Below, one piece after another: positions 1 to 9,558 of a stretch of DNA of 64,000 nucleotides. This DNA comes from an uncultured Verrucomicrobiae bacterium. GTDB lineage: Bacteria > Verrucomicrobiota > Verrucomicrobiia > Limisphaerales > Palsa-1400. The notes under the pieces are model-generated. The model searched no databases, had not been told where the DNA came from, and was given only the letters and a program-made list of their open reading frames with translations. Each line of letters begins with the position of its first letter. Position 1 is the stretch's first letter. The position numbers and the translations under genes are program-made. The stretch lies in contig CAWFAZ010000046.1 of the NCBI GenBank assembly GCA_963813995.1, positions 9,342-73,341 of the forward strand. The letters run 5' to 3'.

Positions 1-2
1 TA

Positions 3-122
3 CTGGAAGGCAGGAGTTGTGCAGAAGGGGATTCGGTGGACGGCATGCGTGTTCTGAAAATCGCGCCTGACAAAGTGACGGTGGAGTGGAACGGGAAAGC
101 CAGGGAATTAAGAATGAATTAG
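3..122 (+). CDS. 3' end of a gene entering the window; GspB/T2SS-B-like C-terminal domain
   Basis: Frame 3 reads LEGRSCAEGDSVDGMRVLKIAPDKVTVEWNGKARELRMN*, resembling the EGD-V-G-V-I-V pattern of GspB-like C-termini. Confidence 0.4.
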   Translation: MEGRSCAEGDSVDGMRVLKIAPDKVTVEWNGKARELRMN

Positions 123-312
123 CCGGCATTCCCCTGGAGATGGCCGCCGGTGTCTTATTGGCCCATCAACTGATTTCAATCACAAGCCACCGCCTTTTGC
201 GGCCTCATTGCGGTGGTTATATTTCTTGGTGGACAGAGCGGGCGGGGCGCGGCAAAATACCTTGGATTATGACAATAATGGAGGATCCACAAGGCGCCTA
301 AACTGAACTCTG

Positions 313-1443
313 ATGAAAAAACATCTCATCTTCAACCCGGCTATTTGTGCCATGCTGTTGGGACTTCCCATCACGGGCCTGCTGACCATGACTGGTTGCA
401 CCACAGTTCCCAAAGGGCCGCCGACGCTCAAAGGCGTTTACCAGAAGGATTTTCTCATCGGCGTTGCCGTCAATCAAAATCAGTTTTCCGGGGAGGACGC
501 CCGCGGAAATCCGATCATCAAAGCCAATTTCAACTCGATTGCGCCGGAAAATGTTTTGAAGTGGCAATCGGTCCATCCACGGCCGGATGCCTACGCTTTT
601 GAGGGGCCGGATCAGTATGTCAAGTTCGGCGAGGCCAACCACATGCTCATCGTGGGCCACACACTGGTTTGGCACAGTCAGACGCCGCGCTGGGTTTTCC
701 AGGATACCAACGGCCAGCCTGTGGACCGCGAGACCCTGCTCCGGCGGATGCACGACCACATCCAGACTGTCGTCGGCCGTTACAAGGGCCGCATCAAAGT
801 CTGGGATGTCGTCAACGAGGCCCTGAACAGCAACGGCACCCTGCGCCAATCGCCCTGGCTGAAGATCATCGGCGAGGACTACATCGCCAAAGCCTTCCAG
901 TACGCCCATGAAGCCGATCCCAAAGCAGTGCTGCGTTACAATGATTATGCCCTGGAAAGCGAACCCAAACGCAAAGGCGCAATTGCGCTGCTCAAGAAAC
1001 TCCAGGCCCAAGGCGTGCCGGTCACGGCCATAGGGTTGCAGGGACACTGTAATTTGAGCTCTCCGACCGTGGGGCAGGAGGACGCCGCCATCGCCGCCTT
1101 CGCCGGGCTAAAGCTGCAAGTGATGGTGACCGAACTGGACATTGACTGCTCCCGCGGCGGCCAGCGAACCACCAGCGCGGACGTTGCCGACAACGCCCGG
1201 ACGCAAGGCGGCGGAAATTCATCCGCCGACGGTCTTTCCGACGACCTCCAGCAACAATTAGCCAAGCGTTACTCCGATCTCTTCGGCGTATTCCTCAAGC
1301 ATAAGGATGTGGTCAAGCTGGTGACCTTTTGGGGTGTGACCGACGCCGATTCCTGGCGGGCGCGCGGCAACCCGCTGTTGTTCGACAGGAATGGCCAGCC
1401 AAAACCCGCGTTTGACGCCGTGATTAAAGCGGCGGGACAGTAG
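313..1443 (+). CDS. Endo-1,4-beta-xylanase, GH10, probably a lipoprotein
   Basis: GH10 motifs PENVLKW, GHTLVWHSQ, WDVVNEA (acid/base Glu), IGLQGH, VTELDI (nucleophile), TFWGVTD; hydrophobic N-terminus ending LTMTGC. Confidence 0.93.
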   Translation: MKKHLIFNPAICAMLLGLPITGLLTMTGCTTVPKGPPTLKGVYQKDFLIGVAVNQNQFSGEDARGNPIIKANFNSIAPENVLKWQSVHPRPDAYAFEGPDQYVKFGEANHMLIVGHTLVWHSQTPRWVFQDTNGQPVDRETLLRRMHDHIQTVVGRYKGRIKVWDVVNEALNSNGTLRQSPWLKIIGEDYIAKAFQYAHEADPKAVLRYNDYALESEPKRKGAIALLKKLQAQGVPVTAIGLQGHCNLSSPTVGQEDAAIAAFAGLKLQVMVTELDIDCSRGGQRTTSADVADNARTQGGGNSSADGLSDDLQQQLAKRYSDLFGVFLKHKDVVKLVTFWGVTDADSWRARGNPLLFDRNGQPKPAFDAVIKAAGQ

Positions 1444-1479
1444 TTAAAGCAGCGGCGTGGATAAAGAATCAGACGGAAA

Positions 1480-1860
1480 TCAAGCGCTTTCCAAAATGGC
1501 GACGGCGGCGGCTAGTTTGGCGGTGTGACTGAGGCTGAGATGAACGATGCGTCCGCCCCGTTCGCGCAGGAGGGTTTGGCCTTTGCCGTGCAGGACCACA
1601 TAAGGTTCCCCGGAATCCTTGCGGCATATTTCCATGTCCTGCCAGCCCAATTGCCGTCCGATCCCGGTGCCGAAGGCCTTCGAGATGGCTTCTTTTCCGG
1701 CAAAACGCGCCGCCAAAAATGGGCCGGGGGATTTGTGAGAGAGGCAGTAGGCCAGCTCGGAGGGGCGGAGAATTCGTTGCAGAAACCGATCGCCGAATTT
1801 TTCACAGGCAGCTTCAACGCGCTGCACTTCGATGATGTCAATGCCGGAACCGAGTATCAA
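1480..1860 (-). CDS. acpS: Holo-[acyl-carrier-protein] synthase
   Basis: GSGIDIIEV, AARFAGKEAISKAFGTGIG, HLSLSHT; lies downstream of pdxJ, a common arrangement. Confidence 0.95.
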   Translation of the reverse strand: MILGSGIDIIEVQRVEAACEKFGDRFLQRILRPSELAYCLSHKSPGPFLAARFAGKEAISKAFGTGIGRQLGWQDMEICRKDSGEPYVVLHGKGQTLLRERGGRIVHLSLSHTAKLAAAVAILESA

Positions 1861-1876
1861 AGTGGCTGGGTAAGGT

Positions 1877-2620
1877 TCAAGGTTGGCCGGTTTCTTCCAT
1901 GACGAGCAGCATCTCGCGCACGGCCGTGGACAGGCCGGCGACGATGGCGCGGCTGATAATGCTGTGCCCTATGTTTAGCTCGACTAAATGAGGCACCTGG
2001 CGAAGGGCGGGGACGTTTCGATAATTCAACCCATGACCGGCGTTGACTTGCAGGCCCAATTGATGGGCTTGCGTGGCCGCCGCGATCAGGCGCTCGAGTT
2101 CCCCGGCCCGCTCGCGCTTGCGATGAAAGTTTTCCGCAAAAGCGCCGGTGTGCAATTCGACGAATTGGCCGCCCACGCGCGCGGCGGCTTCTATTTGCGC
2201 CGGGTCGGGCGTAATGAAAAGACTGACTTGAATGCCGGCGTCATTGAATTTCTTGCGCACATCAGAGAGGGCCAGCCATTGGCTGGCCGCGTCCAGCCCG
2301 CCTTCCGTCGTCACTTCGGCGCGCCGCTCCGGCACCAGGCAAACGATGTCGGGTTTCAGCTGCAGGGCGATGGACAGGATCTCCGGTGTGTTGGCCATTT
2401 CGAGATTGAGCCGGGTTTTGAGGACTTGCCGGAGTTTTCGAATATCGCGATCCTGCATGTGCCTGCGGTCTTCGCGCAAGTGGGCGGTGATGCCGTGCGC
2501 GCCGGCGGATTCGCAGATGAGGGCCGCTCCAATCGGGTCCGGTTCGCCGCCTTCGCGCCCGCGATAGCGCACCTCGCGCAAGGTGGCCACATGATCAATG
2601 TTCACTCCCAATTTGAGCAT
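1877..2620 (-). CDS. pdxJ: Pyridoxine 5'-phosphate synthase
   Basis: [52 protein letters not shown]. Confidence 0.97.
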   Translation of the reverse strand: MLKLGVNIDHVATLREVRYRGREGGEPDPIGAALICESAGAHGITAHLREDRRHMQDRDIRKLRQVLKTRLNLEMANTPEILSIALQLKPDIVCLVPERRAEVTTEGGLDAASQWLALSDVRKKFNDAGIQVSLFITPDPAQIEAAARVGGQFVELHTGAFAENFHRKRERAGELERLIAAATQAHQLGLQVNAGHGLNYRNVPALRQVPHLVELNIGHSIISRAIVAGLSTAVREMLLVMEETGQP

Positions 2621-2627
2621 AAGCCTG

Positions 2628-4289
2628 CTAATGCGAAGGCGAAGGCGGTCCCGACCTGGACATCTTCGCTTGCGGCAGCAAACTCAAGTCGAGCGGGCCG
2701 GCCGGCGTGTCGCTCAGCCAGTGGGAGAGCAGAACCAACTCCAGGCTCGAGAAAACAAAGGGTGAATTGCGAAGGACGGTCAATTCGTTCGGGCCGGTCT
2801 TGGTCACTTCTGTGACCGTGTTGCCCAGGAAGGGGGCCAAACCGAGCAGCCATTGCTTTTGGGCGTTCAGGCGGGATTGAACACCAGGGGCGGCAAGAGT
2901 ATTGGTGCCGGGCTTGGCGGGAGATGCCCCGGCAACCAATGGCTCGCGCGGCCCAACGCCAAGCACCTGAAGGATGGGCAGCACTTCCGTCACGGTCAGT
3001 AAGTGCCACACACGGGGACCGGTCAGTTCCCAATCGTAATAGACCAAATCGGTCCGGTCTTGGAATTGCGCCCATAAAGCCTTCGGCGCGGGGGCTTTCC
3101 CCGGAGTCAGCGGGAACAGGCCGGCGACAAGAAACTGGCCGTTGCTTGCCGGCGCAGGCAGCACGATGGGAGCGATTAATTGCAGCTTTGACCAAACGAG
3201 TCGCGATGCTTTGGGCTGCCAGGTGAGTTCTGTTCCGTTGAGCGCTTTCAACTTGGGATTCAGCGCGCCGATGGCTTGGGCGGATAATGTCGCCAGCGTG
3301 TTGCCGGGATCATTCACAGGCCACGCCACATAACTCTGGAATGCCATTTCGCCCATTGACCAAAAATAGAACTGGTCGCTCAATGGATTGGTGCAGAACC
3401 GCGAGAGGGTTTCATCCGATTTCAGGAATGGTTCCACATTCTGGCCCGTGGCAAAGCTGGACAGCGGTTCGCGCACCAGGTTGGTTGGGAGGCTCATTGG
3501 GTGAGGTTGCCATTGAATCGCCTCTGGATAAGTCACCTGGCTTGTCATGTGAAAATTCCCCTGCCCCGCGCTGATGGCCATTTGTGTGCGGGCCAGTTTT
3601 AAGGGGCAGGAAGACAATGGAAACCAGTTGGCCAGCCGGGGCCAATCCACATCCGCCTCGAACCAGTTGAAATCCAGGGCCGGGCCGGGCCGTCCGGTCT
3701 TTTGAATCTGTTGCAGATAGTCGGACCGCACCGATGCCAAATCCCCGCCTCTGCCCACCAACAACCAGTCCCGCGCCGGCACCATCCAAAATGAATCGCT
3801 TGCCCCTCTGTTCCATTGCCAGCCGGAGAACGTTTCTGCGCGGAGTTCCTCCCCCGGCCCGGGACTTGCGGTCTTCAAGTTTTGCTCCCAGACCTGCGCG
3901 CGTTGGCTGTCCAGGTGGACGGCGAGAACATAATTGATGGGCTTGCCGGAAGAACCGCCCAGGCTGGCGATGGATTCGGCCCGCAGCAGGTCGTCCAGCA
4001 AAGGCCGCAGCAATGAAACGGTCTGCTGGTTCGTTTGAAAATGAAGCGATGCCGCAAGATTCGTGGAAAGCCGGTTGAGAACCAAATCTTCAAAGCGGAG
4101 GGTCGATGGCAGGGCAAAGACTTTTCTGGCTGCGGCGGCGTTTGTGTCTTCGGCCAATGGCGCGGCCCCGAGAAAGTGGTATTGCAGCACGACATTTTCC
4201 GGCTTGTCGGCTCCAACGCAGAGGAAAGGCAGCGCCAGCGCAGCCGCGCCCGGGCAAAGCCATCTGAGAAAGGTGCTGAGAATTCGCAT
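2628..4289 (-). CDS. Hypothetical exported protein
   Basis: 553-aa ORF with signal-peptide-like N-terminus, 7 nt upstream of pdxJ on the same strand. Confidence 0.75.
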   Translation of the reverse strand: MRILSTFLRWLCPGAAALALPFLCVGADKPENVVLQYHFLGAAPLAEDTNAAAARKVFALPSTLRFEDLVLNRLSTNLAASLHFQTNQQTVSLLRPLLDDLLRAESIASLGGSSGKPINYVLAVHLDSQRAQVWEQNLKTASPGPGEELRAETFSGWQWNRGASDSFWMVPARDWLLVGRGGDLASVRSDYLQQIQKTGRPGPALDFNWFEADVDWPRLANWFPLSSCPLKLARTQMAISAGQGNFHMTSQVTYPEAIQWQPHPMSLPTNLVREPLSSFATGQNVEPFLKSDETLSRFCTNPLSDQFYFWSMGEMAFQSYVAWPVNDPGNTLATLSAQAIGALNPKLKALNGTELTWQPKASRLVWSKLQLIAPIVLPAPASNGQFLVAGLFPLTPGKAPAPKALWAQFQDRTDLVYYDWELTGPRVWHLLTVTEVLPILQVLGVGPREPLVAGASPAKPGTNTLAAPGVQSRLNAQKQWLLGLAPFLGNTVTEVTKTGPNELTVLRNSPFVFSSLELVLLSHWLSDTPAGPLDLSLLPQAKMSRSGPPSPSH

Positions 4290-4376
4290 ATAGAGTGCCT
4301 TTGTTTGCCAGAAATCCCGCTGCCTGGCAAATTTTTTCGGTTGCTTTTAACTGGCCGCCATTGTTCCTTTGCACAG

Positions 4377-4826
4377 ATGTTGCGCCGCTTCATAACTCAC
4401 TGGCTCCCTCTATTGCTCTGGATGGGTCTCATCTTCGGCGCTTCCACCAAGCTGGGTTCACCCGAGAACACCTCCCGGTTTGTCGTGCCTTTTTTGCTGT
4501 GGTTAAATCCGCACATGTCCTGGGAAACCATTGAACGGGTGCATCTTTGCGTGCGGAAAACCGCCCATGCCGTTGAGTATGCCATGCTGGGTTTTCTCAT
4601 CTGGCGCGTCGTCCATTCCGCCGCTGCCCTGGCCTTGCATCGCCCTGCCTGGCACTTTCGCCTCGCTCTTTTGCTCGCGGCCTTGTACGCGGCGACCGAC
4701 GAAACGCATCAAATCTTCGTTCCCGGCCGTGAAGCGGCGGTCCGCGATGTGCTCCTGGATACATGCGGCGCGGGACTCGGACTGGCTGTGACGTGGTGCG
4801 CGGTTCGGATGCGAAAATCAGAATAG
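4377..4826 (+). CDS. VanZ family membrane protein
   Basis: WMGLIF, RKTAHAVEYA, YAATDETHQIFVPGR, DVLLD motifs; start placed at ATG 4377. Confidence 0.88.
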   Translation: MLRRFITHWLPLLLWMGLIFGASTKLGSPENTSRFVVPFLLWLNPHMSWETIERVHLCVRKTAHAVEYAMLGFLIWRVVHSAAALALHRPAWHFRLALLLAALYAATDETHQIFVPGREAAVRDVLLDTCGAGLGLAVTWCAVRMRKSE

Positions 4827-4828
4827 GT

Positions 4829-7243
4829 ATGAAGCGGCCGCTTTGCTCAGTGGCATTGCTTTATATTGGCGGCATTCTTTTGGGTCAATGGTTCCATCCT
4901 CCGCTCACCGCCTTGTTTGCGTTTTCCTTCCTGGGCGCCTTTGCGGCGCTGCTCTGGAATCGGGGGCGGCTTTTTTTGTTGAGGTTGCTCCTGGTGCTGG
5001 CCGGCTGGACCAATCTAAGCTGGCACACCGCGATCATTTCACCCAACGATTTGCGCTTGTTGGCTGGCCCCGGGCCGGAGGCCGTCATCGTGCGGGGCGC
5101 TCTCCGCGCTTCGCCCATGCCGCGAATTTTCGAGCGGCAAGGCAGGGAGCTTTGGCATTCCTCCGTTGTCATTGACGCCGGACAAATTCGCCTCTCGCGC
5201 GGATGGCAGCCCGCGTTTGGCAAAATCATTGCCTATGCGCCGGCCATTCTGTCGTCGAACTTCTTCAGCGGCCAATCCGTGGAGGTCGCCGGCGTGCTTG
5301 GCCCGCCGCCGGGTCCGCGGGCTGATGGATTATTCGATGCCCGCTCCTACTATCAGCACGACGCCATTTATTACCAGTTGCGCACCGATTCGGCGAAAGC
5401 GTGGAGCATCGGTCCGGCAACCCCTCCCCGCACAATGCCGCTCTCGGACCGCTTCTCCCACTGGGCCACAAACACTCTGGCCCTGGGTTTGGGGCAGGAA
5501 GACACGCCGCTGCGCTTGATTTGGACATTGGCGCTGGATTGGAAAGCGCCGCTGACCGCAACAGTCGAGGAGCCGTTCATGCGCGCGGGAACGTATCACA
5601 TCTTCGCGGTGGATGGATTGCGCATCGGGCTTTTGGCCGGCATTGGGGTCGGGCTTTTGCGCGCCCTGCGATTGCCCCGCGCGCTGTGCGGATTTTTGGT
5701 GATTCCTGTCATTTGGTTTTACGCGGGCGTCACAGGCTGGCCGGCCTCGGCGGTTCGGGCAACCATTATGATGAGCATTGTCATTGGCGGCTGGGCCAGC
5801 CATCGCCCGGCCAATCTTGTCAATTCACTTTTCGCGGCGGCGTTCATTATTTTGCTCTGGGACCCCTGGCAGCTTTTTCAGCCCGGCTTTCAACTTTCGT
5901 TCATGGTCGTCCTTTGCATTGCCGTGCTTCTGCCGCTCGTCCGAAGCCGGTTTAAATCCTGGGTTTTTCAAAAGGACCCGTTCCTGCCCGAAGATTTGAA
6001 ACCGCGCTGGCCGCCGCCTTTGCATGCGGCGGCTCGCTACGCCATTGATACATGCGCCCTGTCTCTGGCGGCGTGGCTCGGCTCCATTCCGCTGGCGGCG
6101 GCTTACTTTCACCTCTTCACGCCCGTCAGCGTTCCCGCCAATTGCCTGGTCGTGCCAGTCACGGCGCTGGCTTTGATGAGCAGCATCGGCAGCCTTTTGA
6201 CAGGAGCATGGCTGCCCGGACTGGCGGTCCTGTTCAATCACTCGAGCTGGTTTTTCATGAACTGCATCATCGAGTTGAGCCATTGGGCCGCGCAATGCCC
6301 GTCCGGCGCATTCAACATCTCAACACCGGCGCCCGTCACGTATGTCTTATACTATCTCGTCCTATTCTCGGTCTTAACCGGCTGGATCTTTCGTTCCAGA
6401 TTCAAATGGGCGGTTGCCGTGGCGATCCTTGGCCTGGGCGTCTGCGGGCTGGCGCAGCGGGCCGCCGAAAATAAAACAGCCCTCCTCCACTTTCTCCCTC
6501 TCAACGGCGGTTCGGCCATCTTTGCGGACAACGCCGGTTCCGGGAAAAGTTCGTTGTTCGATTGCGGCAACGCGGCAGCGGCGGAGTCCGTCGTCAAACC
6601 GTTTCTGCGCGCCCAGGGCGTTAATAGTCTTGACTCATTCGCCCTGACCGTCGGCCATGTGCAGGACAATGGCGGGGCGATGGTGGTCTTGACTAATTTT
6701 TCGGCGGGCCGCGTCTTTATCAACCCCGTCCGCGACCGCTCCCCCGCTTACCGCGATGTCATCGATGAAATCAAACAAACCGCGCGCTGGCAGGCATTGC
6801 AGGCGGGCGACGACGCCGGAGGCTGGTCGGTGCTGCACCCGGAGGCCGGAACCCGATTCGACGATGCCGATGACAACGCGCTGGTTTTTTGGCGGGAAAT
6901 CAACGGCCATTCGATCTTACTGCTCTCCTCTCTCGGCCGAAGCGGCCAGGACTCGTTGGTGGAGAACCATCCAAATTTGCGCGCGGACATTGTCGTGGCC
7001 GGCCTGCCGGCGACGGACGAGCCACTCTCCGAACCGCTCCTGCATCTGATTCAACCGAAGCTGATTATCATCATTGATTCGGAACTACCCGCCACGCGGC
7101 GGGCGTCGGCCAAGCTGCGCCAGCGCCTGGCCAGCCACGGGGCGCCAGTCGTCTATTGCCGCGATGCCGGTGCGCTGAAGCTGACTCTTTGGCGCGGCGG
7201 CTGGGGCTTGAAAAACGCCAGCGGCGAGGTCGTGCGCCCGTAG
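4829..7243 (+). CDS. comEC: ComEC/Rec2 competence (DNA uptake) protein
   Basis: OB-like N-region, multi-TM competence domain (AGTYHIFAVDGL, SAVRATIM, PGFQLSF), C-terminal beta-lactamase-like domain (LFDCG, PFLRAQGVNSLD). Confidence 0.88.
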   Translation: MKRPLCSVALLYIGGILLGQWFHPPLTALFAFSFLGAFAALLWNRGRLFLLRLLLVLAGWTNLSWHTAIISPNDLRLLAGPGPEAVIVRGALRASPMPRIFERQGRELWHSSVVIDAGQIRLSRGWQPAFGKIIAYAPAILSSNFFSGQSVEVAGVLGPPPGPRADGLFDARSYYQHDAIYYQLRTDSAKAWSIGPATPPRTMPLSDRFSHWATNTLALGLGQEDTPLRLIWTLALDWKAPLTATVEEPFMRAGTYHIFAVDGLRIGLLAGIGVGLLRALRLPRALCGFLVIPVIWFYAGVTGWPASAVRATIMMSIVIGGWASHRPANLVNSLFAAAFIILLWDPWQLFQPGFQLSFMVVLCIAVLLPLVRSRFKSWVFQKDPFLPEDLKPRWPPPLHAAARYAIDTCALSLAAWLGSIPLAAAYFHLFTPVSVPANCLVVPVTALALMSSIGSLLTGAWLPGLAVLFNHSSWFFMNCIIELSHWAAQCPSGAFNISTPAPVTYVLYYLVLFSVLTGWIFRSRFKWAVAVAILGLGVCGLAQRAAENKTALLHFLPLNGGSAIFADNAGSGKSSLFDCGNAAAAESVVKPFLRAQGVNSLDSFALTVGHVQDNGGAMVVLTNFSAGRVFINPVRDRSPAYRDVIDEIKQTARWQALQAGDDAGGWSVLHPEAGTRFDDADDNALVFWREINGHSILLLSSLGRSGQDSLVENHPNLRADIVVAGLPATDEPLSEPLLHLIQPKLIIIIDSELPATRRASAKLRQRLASHGAPVVYCRDAGALKLTLWRGGWGLKNASGEVVRP

Positions 7244-7313
7244 GAGCGTTCTCAATATGACTTCTCAAAGACACAGACTCATGCTACTTTGAATGCGATG
7301 AAGACAATTCCGC
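7221..7313 (+). repeat. 93-bp direct repeat, copy 1 (comEC 3' end, intergenic region, first codons of the MNT gene)
   Basis: About 84/93 identical to 7633-7725 by manual alignment. Confidence 0.9.
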
Positions 7314-7618
7314 AAGGTCTGCTGGATAAAGCCATTGATCGGCTGAAAGCCGAATTTCAGCCCGATGAGATTTTTTTGTATGGCTCTCATGCCTGGGGCA
7401 CGCCGCATGATAACAGCGATGTTGACTTGCTCGTGATTGTTCCCGACAGCGAGGAGCCGCCCATCCGCCGCGCGCAACGCGCGCACCGTTGTCTGCGGGG
7501 ACTCCGTTTGCCCAAAGACGTGCTCGTTGAAACGCGGCAGGAAATTAATCGGGTCAAGCACCTGCGCGCGTCGCTGGAAAACGCCATTCTCAATCGCGGG
7601 CGCAGGCTCTATGGCTGA
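7298..7618 (+). CDS. Minimal nucleotidyltransferase (MNT, MntA-type antitoxin)
   Basis: IFLYGSHAWGTPHDNSDVDLLVIV (GS...DxD) in a ~106-aa ORF. Confidence 0.88.
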   Translation: MKTIPQGLLDKAIDRLKAEFQPDEIFLYGSHAWGTPHDNSDVDLLVIVPDSEEPPIRRAQRAHRCLRGLRLPKDVLVETRQEINRVKHLRASLENAILNRGRRLYG

Positions 7619-7632
7619 CGCACCATTACCCG

Positions 7633-7725
7633 GCGGCGAGGTCGTGCGCCCATAGGAGCGTTCTCAATATGGCTTTTCAAAAACATGGACTCATGCTTCT
7701 TTGAAAGCGATGAAGACAATCCCGC
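7633..7725 (+). repeat. 93-bp direct repeat, copy 2
   Basis: GCGGCGAGGTCGTGCGCCC.TAGGAGCGTTCTCAATATG...GCGATGAAGACAAT, repeating 7221-7313. Confidence 0.9.
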
Positions 7726-7732
7726 TTGACAC

Positions 7733-8029
7733 ATGAACATCGCACCAGAGCCGATTCTCCGAGCAGGTAATGACACGGTTTCGTTTGCCTGCATCTTCTG
7801 CCGGAATCAGACGCTACGAGAGGGACAGCCAACGAAGATGATCAACGATGCAATGGAAGCTATCCACGAAGTGCCACGGATGTTGATTGATTGGGAGCAT
7901 CACGATTTGGCGGAGGTGAGGATGCACCTTGCTTGCTTTCAGGCGTCTCGCTGGCCAGGTGCGCCGGATTTGGTCAGGTATTTTGACCAGAGATTGAGAG
8001 AGTTTGGCTATGACGAGAACGCGGTCTAA
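7733..8029 (+). CDS. Small hypothetical protein or gene remnant
   Basis: 98-aa ORF of lower GC; no recognisable motif. Confidence 0.35.
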   Translation: MNIAPEPILRAGNDTVSFACIFCRNQTLREGQPTKMINDAMEAIHEVPRMLIDWEHHDLAEVRMHLACFQASRWPGAPDLVRYFDQRLREFGYDENAV

Positions 8030-8080
8030 CAAATGCGCTCGATCGCACCGCGTCTCCCGGCCTCGATCAACGGCGAAATG

Positions 8081-8157
8081 GTCAGGGGAATGATTGTCAG
8101 GGGAATGGAACTCAAAGTTCTTTTCATTCTTATTCCTCTGACAATCATTCCCCTGAC
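8081..8157. repeat. REP-like hairpin built from tandem 15-mers
   Basis: GTCAGGGGAATGATTGTCAGGGGAAT (8081-8106) pairs with ATTCCTCTGACAATCATTCCCCTGAC (8132-8157), one mismatch. Confidence 0.75.
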
Positions 8158-8313
8158 AATCGTTCTTCCGACTTCTCAAGCTGTGTCATCGGAATACTTG
8201 ATTTCCACATGAACTCTGCTGCCATCGCGCGTCTTTGCCGGCATTGAGATTATCAATAGTGGCGGCAGTTTTATCAATTTGGCGTTATGGAGTTCAACAG
8301 GCATAGTTCATCC

Positions 8314-9558
8314 ATGAATAACAGGCGCAATTATCCGCTGTTGCTGGCCAGCCAGTTTTTGAGCGCCTTCGGCGATAACCTCATTCTCATGCTCATCCTC
8401 GGGCCGTTCCTGAACCAGTTCAAGGCCGGCACAATCACGGGGGAAGCGCAAAGCGTCGCCAATATCTATTACACCAGCCTGTTGTTCATGCCTTATGTTC
8501 TGCTCGCGCCGCTGGCCGGTTATCTGAACGACCGCTTTTCCAAAAATCGCTGGCTGCTCGGCGGAAACTTCATCAAATTGGCCGGCACCGGCCTGGTCTC
8601 CCTTGGCCTGGTTTTCGGCTCCGCCTGGCAGGGGATTGGCTATTTCACGGTCGGAATCGGGGCCTGTGTTTATTCGCCGGCCAAGTATGGCATCCTGCCG
8701 GAAATTCTCCCGGCGGAGCGGCTGGTCAAAGCCAACGGGTTGATGGAATTGCTGACGCTTATTGCCATTTTGACGGGCAACATCGGCGGCTCGGCCGCGT
8801 TTGGCGGATATCCGCTGCCCCTTTGTTATCTGCTGGTCATTGGCGTCTATGGGTTGTCGCTTGTCCTCAACCTTCTGATGTCCCGAACACCCTCCTACCG
8901 GGAAGTGCGGCTGCGGGGCAGCATCCGGCAGTTTTTCTCCAACCTGGCCGCGTTGTTTTCGCAAAAGAGACTGGCGCGCATCCTGATCGGCACGGCGCTG
9001 TTTTGGATTTGCGGGGCGATCCTCAAAATGAATTTTCAGCCCTGGGGCCAGCAAGTTTTGCAGTTGACAACCATGTTGCAGATCAGCCTGCTGGGTCTCT
9101 GGCTGAGCGTCGGCGTCATGATGGGCAGCGTGCTGGCGGGACAGCTTTATGCCGTGGGCGATTTGCACGCGACGCGGCGTTATGGGTGGCTGTTGGCCGC
9201 CGGCATCGCGCTTCTCGGAAGCATCGGAGGGCTTCTGGTTCATGGATTGAATTATCCCAATATTTTGGCGCCGGCCGTTCTGATTCTTACGGGCCTGATT
9301 GCCGGTCTGTTTCTTATTCCGCTCAACGCCGCGCTGCAAGCCGAGTCGCGCAAGGACAAACTGGGCAAAACCATCGCCACGCAGAACGGTTTTGAAAACC
9401 TGGCCATGCTGGGTGGCAGCCTTTTGGCCTTCATCGACGTCAAAGTGGGATTTAACCCGTCGGAACTTTTTCTTGCGCTGGCCGCGTTTGCCGCCATCGT
9501 CGTTATCTGGCTAAAGATTCCGCCAAAACTCCAAATGAACAATGCAACCCCGGAATAA
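8314..9558 (+). CDS. lplT: MFS lysophospholipid transporter, LplT-like
   Basis: SQFLSAFGDN, YSPAKYGILPE, LVKANGLME, IPLNAALQ, IATQNGFEN match LplT-family motifs; linked to aas. Confidence 0.85.
   Translation: MNNRRNYPLLLASQFLSAFGDNLILMLILGPFLNQFKAGTITGEAQSVANIYYTSLLFMPYVLLAPLAGYLNDRFSKNRWLLGGNFIKLAGTGLVSLGLVFGSAWQGIGYFTVGIGACVYSPAKYGILPEILPAERLVKANGLMELLTLIAILTGNIGGSAAFGGYPLPLCYLLVIGVYGLSLVLNLLMSRTPSYREVRLRGSIRQFFSNLAALFSQKRLARILIGTALFWICGAILKMNFQPWGQQVLQLTTMLQISLLGLWLSVGVMMGSVLAGQLYAVGDLHATRRYGWLLAAGIALLGSIGGLLVHGLNYPNILAPAVLILTGLIAGLFLIPLNAALQAESRKDKLGKTIATQNGFENLAMLGGSLLAFIDVKVGFNPSELFLALAAFAAIVVIWLKIPPKLQMNNATPE

Noticed and set aside
8015-8075. Possible integron attC after the small ORF (GTCTAAC at its stop)
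   Set aside because: No matching GTTRRRY arm with complementary L boxes found, and no IntI in the window
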